Source of the DNA: an uncultured Flavobacteriales bacterium
GTDB taxonomy: Bacteria; Bacteroidota; Bacteroidia; AKYH767-A; 2013-40CM-41-45
DNA length: 54,543 bases
Assembly: GCA_964356415.1 (NCBI GenBank)
Contig: CAYHHK010000009.1
Coordinates: 1-54,543, forward strand
Direction: 5' to 3'
Part shown: positions 23,601 to 34,000 of the stretch, in pieces
How the letters are laid out: every line of letters starts with the position of its first letter
Numbering within the stretch: position 1 is the stretch's first letter
Program-made: the position numbers and the translations under genes
The notes under the pieces: generated by a model
Databases searched by the model: none
What the model was told of the DNA's origin: nothing
What the model saw: the letters and a program-made list of their open reading frames with translations, nothing else

Positions 23601-25056
23601 CTGAAGTGTACCGGGAAATCATGTTACCGGTTTTCCTGTTGTCGGTATTGCTGAATTCCTGCTGCATGAAACTGTACTCGGTGATGTGGCCTTCCTTGAT
23701 TAACTTGTCCAGGTCTTCATTCATCGCATCGAATTCGGCTTTTGCCCGCCGGTTTGCATCCTGGCCCTTTTTGTAAATCAGTTCAGTGATTCGATTATCA
23801 ATGTGGCTGATATCCAACATCAATGATTTTGTTACGCCAATATCTTTGAGCATACTACGCAAGTCTCCGATAATTGTATCCTTACCATACTGCTCTTTCA
23901 TTTCAGTTTTAAGGTAATGTTCTCCGGCCTGCAATAAATCATTCGTATAGTTGTCGCTGATTGTGCGCCAACTTGCAAACTTTGCCAACAAATCTGCGGC
24001 AGCCTGGGAAAATTCCTGGTTGGTATTCTTGGTTGCAGCAAGTTCTGTTGCAGTCCAGAATAATGATGCGCCGTCGTTGCCAACATCGGTTATAGTTTTC
24101 CACAAATTTGTGGTCTTGATCGCCCAGCGCATGTCTTCTTCAGAAATTTCATGGTGGCCTTCAGCATTCGGTGTGGTAAACAATTTCTGTAACCTGGTCA
24201 TGTCTGCTTCAGCAAAAGGAATGATTCCTTCCAGGGATGTGATCATGTTAATGGCGCCAACATCTGCACGAAGATCAGCAATGGTGGTTTTTAATGCGCC
24301 TACCTTACTAAGCATTGTTTCCCGGGCTGTGGCACTTAAATCTTTCTTGCGAAGTTGCAATTCCAGTGTATTCAATGCTGTCTTTAACCGGCTTACTTCC
24401 TGCATCTTCAGGTTGATAACTTCCTGGAATTTCGGTGTACCATTTCTGGGCATGTTCTCGGTCATCGGGGTATCCCAATCAACGACTTCCGAAAAGGTAA
24501 GAAACTCTTCATCGAGAAATTCTTCTTCATTGAAGTCCGGGGTGATGTCATAACTCCGACTTGTGGGATATGCCTGGATTTTATCGTATGGTAGGAAGTC
24601 CCCTTCTTCATTAAAATATCCAAGTGCAGATTCCGTTTCAAACCCCTTGTTTCTTTGACCTTCCGGTAAGCTATAATCGTCCATGGTCTGATACCACCGG
24701 TTTGTACCCGTAGGTGGTCTGGTTTGACTCTGACTTTTTGGAAGATAGTTCCAAGTAATCGTAGGGGTGTAGTTGTCACTCTCACCCACCTGCGCGAATT
24801 CGACTTTGTGATCAGTTCCCTGCGCTTTATTCAATGCAGTGACACGATCCTTTATCAGTCTGGTGTTGTACCCGGAGAATCTATTACCTGTCATTTTTAT
24901 TGCACGCCTGTATTCAAGTTCCGACATCACCGGTGGAATTGTGTACCCATGTGCAATGAAAGCGCGGTAAGCCTCCGTTTGGCTACCATTTAATTGCTTT
25001 ACCATCACACTCCATTGCGGCATCCGGCTATTTGGACAAACTCTCATGTTTCCCAT
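20635..25056 (-). CDS. Large virion/ejection-type protein (1473 aa) with C-terminal membrane segments
   Basis: It starts 5 nt after the stop of the giant ORF. The middle is a long helical or coiled-coil region. The C-terminal hydrophobic, Gly-zipper segments are LAVTLGLAGTAMLPGVGTVIGGIVGLGAGYAAKIV and MGLIAINIMAVLLLRGL. Confidence 0.75.
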   Translation of the reverse strand: MGNMRVCPNSRMPQWSVMVKQLNGSQTEAYRAFIAHGYTIPPVMSELEYRRAIKMTGNRFSGYNTRLIKDRVTALNKAQGTDHKVEFAQVGESDNYTPTITWNYLPKSQSQTRPPTGTNRWYQTMDDYSLPEGQRNKGFETESALGYFNEEGDFLPYDKIQAYPTSRSYDITPDFNEEEFLDEEFLTFSEVVDWDTPMTENMPRNGTPKFQEVINLKMQEVSRLKTALNTLELQLRKKDLSATARETMLSKVGALKTTIADLRADVGAINMITSLEGIIPFAEADMTRLQKLFTTPNAEGHHEISEEDMRWAIKTTNLWKTITDVGNDGASLFWTATELAATKNTNQEFSQAAADLLAKFASWRTISDNYTNDLLQAGEHYLKTEMKEQYGKDTIIGDLRSMLKDIGVTKSLMLDISHIDNRITELIYKKGQDANRRAKAEFDAMNEDLDKLIKEGHITEYSFMQQEFSNTDNRKTGNMISRYTSDYHDLLNEWENERESKLDHAERTYANPATRRSQKAKINKEYFKKIKKISLMLDYRKLFMDSSLYSELDKDGNPISFSQEEIQAHHDLLRNTLGDEEYAKVMEQAEEQIERFREGVGAMKVFFDAKYNNVAESALAYNTWLNENSPYIEARIFYGAQTAATNDSFIVPTKEYSITVARKSVDGKETGFYDEKYKAMRQNVHQSALYDHIMDLMYDLKSVLPAEKANLLHANTLPFMYKDLTEQFIDGGISGGFSSMMENVRAGMKEDNKDPEGYQHKDVYTGKADFKLQTQFIANHNPEIKAYLEYKTIQYRIDNEKENPDTETLKNWRRDIINDIAMRKSFDVGKVIKGFTSMAVIYKHKAETDMIMRIGRNLLYATHPNDDEAKGNQGNRKAIEKSSKIAHVLASADSWMEIYYGYKVEKASFEKAVAKSTKLASKDERKKAEELEQIIEDNEQARSEGKITAEEYAKNFEVLTNQLDELKYGVSGQAAVTGLLGFVQLLNMGYNFTSGASNFGFGLISNFTEASDGRLFTTRDMSYAYSILWKTMGGVNQFSHDAIKIRNLMQRMDILKETQYEISDKTKGDGTMSSFKEKLMPVVDKISPYKLQSSTEYLNQAPLMICILRNTKVEDGHGGEISLWDAMGKDGHLKEEYRTEKNIADIENHSTNKTLLDAGTAVDELIQICHGNYDRLNSRTRVSRYLLGKLFLQFRTWALMGFYTRFGGTQDYHTTGLTRKGRYRSYTPGTLAVTLGLAGTAMLPGVGTVIGGIVGLGAGYAAKIVSKKMAKEDVSPDMNVLQESFFMLKQVALRVFTGKTHFNEAGYSDVDSANLRKNMTEMMGLIAINIMAVLLLRGLKMLPDDEKKKKTSMFMSMNFMLNLYSRLQTDVFFYSNPQELQSLNKNFIPAVAIVNDIATLADAITKAWGGDTKMHSGPFKGENRVWVKSRPLIPGLKMWNRAKTVTSKQYRQGQYEWLDDMLKDDPEPEPSNN

Positions 25057-25061
25057 ACTTA

Positions 25062-28000
25062 TTATCGTTTACAATGTTTCATTAATTCTTCAACTGCTGA
25101 ATCGGAAATATCATACTGCACTGTAGGCCCACCTTCCGGTACCCATCCTGCTTTTTCGATATCGGCATCACTCCAATCAACGGCTACATCATTGGGGCCA
25201 TTCTCCATTCCGCTGGACATGTAGGAGTTTTCTTCTGTCACCCTGGCTCCGCCGGAGTAAAGAATCGCAACTTTCCTTGCCCGGGAAATGGCGGTGTACT
25301 TTAGATTTTGCCTTTCGTAAGACCAATCAGCACCTTTCCACTTTTTCATTTTCAGGTTGTTCTTGCTTTCCATATCCTTCCAATCAACCAAAGCATACTG
25401 AAATTCGGATCCTTGCGCCTTGTGTGAAGTGACGGCGTATCCGTAATCAATATTTTTCTTCGTTTCAGTAGCAGCACCGCTGAAAATAAGACGATCAAAT
25501 TCTGTTTCGCCATTGGCATCAGCTTTGAATAATTCAGCATTTGAAACTCTCCAGGCAGACATTGGTTTGACTTCATTCTTATAACCATAGATACTTTCCG
25601 GCAATTGAAGCACTCGCAAAGTATCGTCCAGAGTGTTTTTAAATGATTCGCGTAATCTCCAATCAACCTTTTTATCGTAGGCTTTCAGGGATAATTCATG
25701 AATCGCTTTAAACAATTCTGTATTCACCCCCGGAGAAGTTGTTGGTATAAACACTCTGAATTCTTCAACATTGTCGCCGGCCTCCATATCGGTTTCAATC
25801 ATACGAAGACTGTAACCAACTGCTTTGAAAACCTGCCCTGCTACTTTAACCGGTCTTTCTGTTTCAAATGTAGATTCAACAACCTGGTAATCTTGCCCAT
25901 TGGAAATTTGAGACTGATCAGTTACCTGATCATAACCCATGATAGTTTCACCAACCTGATACGGGATGCGGCCTTTGTCTTCCAAAAGCATTGCACGCAC
26001 CTGTGAATTGTAGTCTTGCACAGCCCTATTGGTATAGGCAATAATTTTAGCATAAGATTTATTTTCTGCATACTCTTTTGAAGTAAACAATTCACGGATT
26101 CTGTCGATGAATTTAACCTGGGTATTCAAGAATTCGACGCCTTCTCCTTTACTGTTAATAGTCGTGGTGTGTGCGAACTGATCAGCAATCTTTAACAGGT
26201 TCTGGCGAATTGTTGTTGCAATCTCCAAAATCGGATTACCATCTGTCTGCCGTTCAATTTTGGTTAGGTTCGCTGATTGTGATTGACTTAATGCACTGCT
26301 CAACGAATTGTCAAATTTACCCGGAGGTGGAATCTGTGCCGGGTCACCCATGAAGATAACCTGACAACCTTTTTGTGCGGCAGTTCTGATGATGGTATCG
26401 GCATCCTCGGTGTTAACCATGGAACCTTCATCAACAATAATCAATGAACCTGAAACGAATTTCTTGCTCCCGCCGGATATCCATTGTTTGTCAACCAATT
26501 GTTTACTTAACAGACTCGCAACTGTATTGACATCTTTCCCGGCCATGAATCCAATACCTTTTGCACGACGAATCATTCTACGCAAAACTTTTGCTGCGCG
26601 ATGTGTTGGTGCTGCAAGGATGATACTGGGCACACCCCGTTTGGCTTCATACAGTTTGACATACTGCAGTAAAAATTTCACAATAGTTGACTTACCTGTG
26701 CCGGCATAACCGGTTAAAGAGAATCCAACTTGTTTGTGATTTGTGTAAAAGTCTGCCATTGCTTGCAATGCGACTTTTTGTTCAGGATTCAGCGCGATGT
26801 TTTCAGTATCAATCTTGATTCCATCAGCAAACTCGAAGGAATTGGCAATGGGATTGTCCAGATTCTTTATACCCTCGTGGGTCATTGGCCCCAGTTCAGC
26901 ACTGGCTATTGCAAGAATCGCTTTACGATCACCATTGTTTTCATCCCAAGCCATAAGACGGTCAGTTTTTGAACTGAAAATTTTAATCCCGTTTTCTCTC
27001 GATGCAACAACTGTGTAACTACTACCACGATAATCAACAACAGTACTTTGATGATCGTTTGCAAATGACAAATCAGAACCTTTTACCCAATCTTTCTTCT
27101 CGCTGTTATTGTCGAGACTCATTAAAAAGTAATCACCATTGACGTCACTTCTTCCAGAAACCACATAAGGTTTACCCTGGTATGTTACTACTGATCCTTT
27201 TGGGTAAATATCTTTTTTCGCTTTTTCAGCAGCAAACGGTTTGATGGTTTTTATTGGATTACCGACAAGTTCAAATTGAAATTGTGTGTACCCGTCTCCT
27301 TTTATGCGATTATAACCTTCTGCATCCCACCCTTCCAGTTTGCTCCACTCTTCAGCAGTTACATTCTCTACGGGATATGAGTCTGAAGTAGCGCGAACCA
27401 TTGCTACTCTTCCATATTGATCTTCAAATTTGATCAATTCGCCAACCCGCACATCTTTTTGTGCTTGCCGGCTTCTGGAAGTTGCTGTTCTGTCTCCGGA
27501 TAAAATTAAATCCATTGTAGATGCTCCTGCAAATTCTGGACGCATTTTTCTACCACCGGTACCATCCGTAAAATTCATCGGCATGTGGTGCGCAATTTCG
27601 TTAGATGGTGCAACTTTCTTCTGAGCAAACTCACTTCTCAACTCCATGAGTATCCTGGAAAACTCTCTTGACCAGAAAGCGTCGTTACCACCGTGGGTAA
27701 TTTTCTTGTCACCGGTTTCCAGAAGTTCCTCAATCGCTGAAGAATTCGCTTCGAAGGACATCCTCATGGCCTCTTTCATCATCTTGATGTTGTAGCCATC
27801 AGCTTTGTTTACAGTCTTGCCGCTGATCTTTGTACCGGCTTTGCTCCAATCACCCTTGTAAGTTGTTTCGTCAAAGGCGCCGGATTTCCATGTCTGATAA
27901 TAATGCTCGACAGAGAAATATTTCTTTCCGTCTTTTCCAAAGAAAGGTCTGATTGCCAGATTGCTGAGATTTGCATTCTTCCCGGATGAGTGCCACACAT

Positions 28001-31000
28001 GGACTGCATCATCGTTGTTTACTGAATAGGTTCCGAACAGATTAATCGAATGTGTAAGTCCTTCCGCCAGTGCAGAATTGTGTCGGATATTCATTCCGAA
28101 TGATTCCATCAGGTCTGTGAACGCTTCTTTAACTTTTTCCCAGAGTGTTGTAGTAGTGCCGGGGATTGTAATCGTATTGAGAAATTCTCTGAACGTCGGG
28201 TCTGTCAACACCATTGTTGCAAACTCTTGAATATTTTGTATTCCGTAGAATTTCTTTACTGATTCCGGATCCATTTGTGCAATCAATTCTTTAGCGGCCT
28301 GGGTGTCAGTTTCTTTAATTACAGAGTATTCGTTCAATGTTTGCGCAAACTTTGCAAATGCTTTGGATAATTCAGCATCATTTGATATAACATTTCTTGC
28401 CTGATTCATTACATTGATAATACCCTGTACCGCCGTTGCTTGCGTTTCAGTCAAGTTGAACTGCTCAAGGGTTTTTCCTGGGGCCTTAGATTCAAGAAAG
28501 GCCATGTAATTCACAATACTTGTTTTGGTAAGTGCGTGAATTACTTCGTGTAACAGTGTTTTCTGAACGTCTCTTACTGATTTGGTTTCACCGAGTTTAG
28601 TCGTGTTGATAACCATTTGGTGATTATCTGAATGGTAACTTCCTGAAGACCGATAATCCTTAACAATTTCCAGCTTTAATCCTGGTTTGAGGCTGGATAA
28701 ATTCGGTAAAATCTTAATAGCAAGTGCTTTAAGTGAAGCATCTGAAGATGATGTTGCAATTTCCTGTACAATTTTAATCAACTGTGCATTGCCATCGATG
28801 GAGTTTACGAACCCGGCTTCAGCCAGGTACTCTTCTTTGGAGATAGGAATCTTTTCGGCGGATGGATTTACTTTCGGAGCCTCGAAGGTTGTCTTCGCCG
28901 GGGCTGTCGAGTATGTCATTCCAACCTTATTCTGCGCAATGTTCGAGACTGCAGGTACAGTTGCAGGAAGCGCGCTGTTGTATTCCTTCATTCCGAATGC
29001 ACCAAGAGTTTCAAGTCTGACGTATTCTTCACCATTGTATTTGAACAACAGGGCTTTGTTTCCTTTTACTCCTTGCGGATTGTAAAGTGTAACGAAGATT
29101 GGGTAAACAGTTTCGCTTACCTTGTGGTCTTTCAATGCCTGGACACTCAATTTAAAGCGGGTCATCAGCATTGGATTTGCATTATCTACATCATACAGGT
29201 TTGAGCGTTTCACAGAATTGCCATACGAATCTTTTTCAGTGCGTGATACGTCATGATCCGATAATTTGAACTTTACATCGGTGGCGTTGTGCTGAATGTA
29301 CTGGGTCACGAACTGGGAAACTTCCCAGTATTTTGAACCTTCTGCCGGCATTTTGAATATTCCCAAACTGTCTATGGTACTTTTATTCTGAAACAGGCTG
29401 TTGAGATTACTCAAGAATCCCATGGACATCAAATAGCTTTGTGGGATGTATTTTACAAACTGAACGGCCTCTTGTATTCCACCAGACAGATAAATACCGG
29501 CTATGAGTTCCTGTGCAAGTCTGCGGGTATCATAGGCTACACCGTTAAACTCCACACCCAGGTCAACGGGATTCAGAATCATGTCGGTAAAGGCGTTGAA
29601 AGTATCGTTGCTGAAGGCGGCATCTTTTGGAGCAGCCTGCGTTTTAATCATGGTTGGATAACCCTGGTTGCCATCCTTTACTTCAAGCATGGAGATAAAT
29701 GGATTGTTTTTGCCGTATTCGGTTTTCTTCAAAGCCATCACCAATTGTCCAAGCGGTTTGTGCAGATAGACATCCGGGGCCGGGGTAATAGTAAATCTAT
29801 CTTCGGCAACACCGTTTTCTGACATCTGCTGTTCCTTGCGGGTAATATTAAATATTTTACCATCCACAACAAATACACCGGATGCACCTTCAACTTTTAA
29901 TCCAATCCAATCAGTACCCTGTTTGTTTTTCCATACCTCGATAGAATTCCCGTTGGCTACCATTGCTTTTTGCTCCGGGGTTAAATTCACATTGGAGACA
30001 ATTGGTGCGCCATTGGAAGAGTATCTGAAGAATAACCTGCGACGTTCTGCGCCAGCATCGTCAGTGAACAGATGCATACTTGAAGATGCGAAAAGATAGG
30101 ACTTCATCGAGTTCCATAATTCAGTTCTTTGTTCAAGTTCCGCTGTGGTGGACTCGTTATCGATTCCAATTACTCTGGAAAACTCGGTAAAAATCTGCTG
30201 GATTGCAGGATGTTTGTAAGGAAACAAATCACTCCACAATCTGTTGTTGGTAGTGAGTGCGTAGGCAATAGCCTGACCATTCAGGGTTTCAGGTTTAAAT
30301 CTGATTCCGGTGGTATTCATTTCATCAACCTCACTCAAGTCTACAAAAGAATTTTGCTCATCTGGTGTCAACGCGTTGTAAGCATCTCTCTGTTCCTGAA
30401 TGGCAAGATTGTATGCGGTGCCAAGAAGTTTGCCGGCATTCTCTACTGTGGTCGAACCAAACAGACTCTCTGCTTTTTCTTGTTTCAGTATCGATTCAAT
30501 GATACTTTTACCCATTCCTTTTGAGTCAACATTAACAGCAACCTGCACATGTTGCAGTTGTTTACCGTACTCGTCAAGCATCTGAAACTTTTCCAGGATA
30601 GCAATTTGTGTAAGCACGTAGTCGGCGGATGCCTCACCGTTGGTGATCATGTCGATCATCCTGGTGTTGGAAAGTTCGCCTTCTGCTTTTCCCTGAAGCA
30701 TTAATGTACGCTGAAGGAAATCTGCTTCAACATATTCTTTGTTGTAATATTTACTTTTCGGATCCTCAATCAAATCTCGCATGGCCTGACCAACCTTATC
30801 TGGTGTGAACCCGGAGACTGTTGAACTCAACTGGGCAAGTCGTTTAACATAATCAATCAGGATATCCTGCTGGATAAAATTCAGCGTCTCTTCACCAAAC
30901 CCTAGCTGATTCATCAGCTTGACGGTTTTAAAAGTGTACTGATTGATATGGAGCAATCCGAGAATCTGCAATTTCTCGTTGTCAACAGATGCGGATTGGT

Positions 31001-34000
31001 ATCCGGCGATGACGTCGGAAATATAATACTCGCCATCAGCATGTTCCGAAGCGCCGAGTGTTCTTTCGCGGTTTAGAAACCCTTTGGAAGAAACTGAACC
31101 GAATGAAGTGTGCAGATAACGCAGCTTGTCAATGGTTTCTTTCGGGTCAACAATAACTCGTAATCCATCAACTCTCTGGGCCAACGCGTTGAACACGTTG
31201 TCGAGACTAAAAACAGAGATACCATCCTTGCCGGCTACAGCGTTTAAGAATTTAGTACGCTGGTAAGAATCTGAAAGCCCGCTGAAGAAAGGAACTTCTG
31301 CAACAGTCCCTGGTTCGGTGCCACGCGCACCACGTAAAGTTTGAAACTGCCCCGCCTTGTCAACAAGAATCCATTCCCCAAGAGGGTTGGCTACCTGGTT
31401 TTGCACAGCGGGATCAGAATTCTGCATGATGGCCATGTGGACATCCATGATATTGTTCTGCAAAGTTTCTTTCCCTGGTTTGGTTGACCTGGTGAAACTA
31501 TGCTGACCAGTTTCAGAATCGAAATTATGTGTACGATTGTACATGTAAGCGTACAATTTATCAATGTCGAAGTCCATCCCGGTTTGTGTAACCAAATCTG
31601 ATGGGCCTATGATTGTATTTCCGGATTGATTTGGAAGGAATCCGACGATTTCTGCCCAGACATGTGAATTCAATCCCTGGTTCGGGATACGCATCATCAG
31701 CGCCGTGAGAATATCTGACGGTAATTTTGCAGGATCAATTTTTCCATTGCTCATGAAGTTTTTAACATCGAGCAAATTCCCTTCTTTGTCATGGAAATTC
31801 CATGATACCAGAATCTGTGCCGGTAAAATTTTTCCAGTAGCGGGGTCTTGACGTTGTGGTTGTAGCACACCGCCTTTATAATTCTGTGTGTGGATTATTC
31901 CGGTGATTTTCGCAAGTTCTGCAGCACCGTCAGTAGTATCGGAAGCAATAATCTTTGTGGTATATCCGGCATCCGTGGTTGTAACCCAGGAATCTCCGAA
32001 CATTTTACTTTTACGAATCCTGTTATCCACGATGGAATTAAGCAGGGATTCGAATTTATCAGCAGAAGGTGAGAAAGCAATGGTGTCGATGTATTCGTTC
32101 AAACCAAGCATTTCAAGTTCCGGCAACGGATATCCCCGCATCTCGGCCTCGTCCTGGATAATCGTTTTGATTTTGTTTACATCAGGCTGGCCATCGGCGT
32201 CCAGGATTTCTGCAAGGAATTCCCTCTGATGCAGCTTGAAGAGTTCATCGTAATACTTAAAGTACTCGTTCTCGAGTTCTTCACCGGTATATTCTTTTGT
32301 CTGCCCCGGGATTTTAAATCCTTTGACGCGAAGAAGATTGACGAACAGGTTTTTCGAAGCCTGGGTTACACGATTGATTTCGTGCTCAAGCGCGTGGTAA
32401 GGTACTTCCTGCTGAATTCCAAAATACTTTCTCGGAAGAGTCATCACGGTGCCGGAGAAATCAATCTCTTTTGGATTCTTGATTGATCCATTTGCATTAA
32501 AAATCGTGGTAGGATTACGTGGCCCGCCAACCTTGATGGCTGACATAAAGGCTACGCGCTGTACACCCTGGTTCTTCATCGCTATGCGAAGGTTGTCCAG
32601 TTCAAGACCCTGCACCAGTTTAGGTAACAATGCCGTGGCTGAACTCTTGATATAGAATCTTTTGTAGATTCCATTGCTGAATATGTTCCCGGCGGATACC
32701 GGTTTCGATGGCTGGAAAATTATGTGCTGTAATTCTGCCGATAAATCTTCAGCATTTTCATTCACAAATCCCTGCTTGTCAAGCTGACGTTCCTGCTCGG
32801 TGAGGATTCTTGTAGCGGATGCAAATTCTGCATCGCTAAGTTTACCCTGTTTACGCATGATGTGCAACGCTTCCTGCCAGGAAACAAACTCCTGACCATC
32901 AGTGCTGGTAATACCCGCATATTTTTTAGCGAGTCCCGGGCTTAGTCTGGCTTTGTAAGCAGCAAGTTGTGAAGAATCAACACTGTAGTCTTCAACAATC
33001 GCCTGCGTGTAGGTTTCTTTCTGGCTATCTGCGATTTCATTGCGCGGGGCAATGTCTGCAGCAAGACGTTTACCTACGTTGGTAAACAAATCCTGCATTT
33101 CAGTGATCCGGTCTGTAGGTGTAAAGTGCTGACGATACAACTCCTCGGATGTCATCTGTGCAATTTCGACAGCATCAAATCTTTTACTTTCAATCAGGCG
33201 TTTAATAACAGCGTGTTCAGTTGCAGTACGCCCACCTTTTACCTTTGCGTAAGTCGCCGGGTCACCAATGTACATCATGTACGCGTTGGCATTGCCCACC
33301 AGATACTGAACAACCATATCCTGTGCTGCCATGCGAATCTTTTTGGATTCTTCCACGGATGCAACAGTCTTATTATCTTCAAGGAATTCCTTATCGATGA
33401 AAGCGTTCTTTGTTTTCTTGTCAGATTTGCCGATGCCAAAAGTATCCCATTCTGCAGATTTCTGATCAACCAGGGTATTGATGTGTCTGGCCAGAACCTC
33501 TTTGATTTTGGTTTTCATTTCGGTACTCTGCGCTTCGTCACTCAACATGCCATCTTCGGTGAACAACTCATTCATGTTGTTTAACTCCGGGATGAAATGG
33601 AACTTCGAGGCCATGGCTGCATACCCGTCAATATTGTAAGTTTGGTTTGCGTGGCCAGCCTTCAGTGCAGCCTGGTACTGAACTATGCGTTCAATTTCCG
33701 GAAGCACCATCACTTTGTAAAGATTCTCAAGAGCATTTTCAGTCAATGCTCCTTCAGGAGTAACATCAAACATGAATGCTGGCACCTGTAATCCCACGAC
33801 AGTTTTCTTGTCTGACGTCGTGGGGAAAAACAAACGGATAACCCTGTTGTTATTTCCGGACTGATCCGCACTCGGGGACTGCAGATAAGCAATTTTGATG
33901 AATTCGATATCAGCTTCCGGGAGTGTAGGCAGATCATTGTCCTTTTTATTGGGCATGTCGATATTCTTAACCGGTTCAATACTGTTGACCCAGTAATAAA

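Noticed and set aside
23951-24553. A 200-aa plus-strand ORF, along with many other 60-150-aa ORFs, lies antisense to or out of frame with the large minus-strand genes (20.6-54 kb). The same kind of ORF occurs on the minus strand within 1-20 kb.
   Set aside because: These ORFs lie entirely inside long, motif-supported genes. They have no start context or motifs, and they are consistent with chance open frames.
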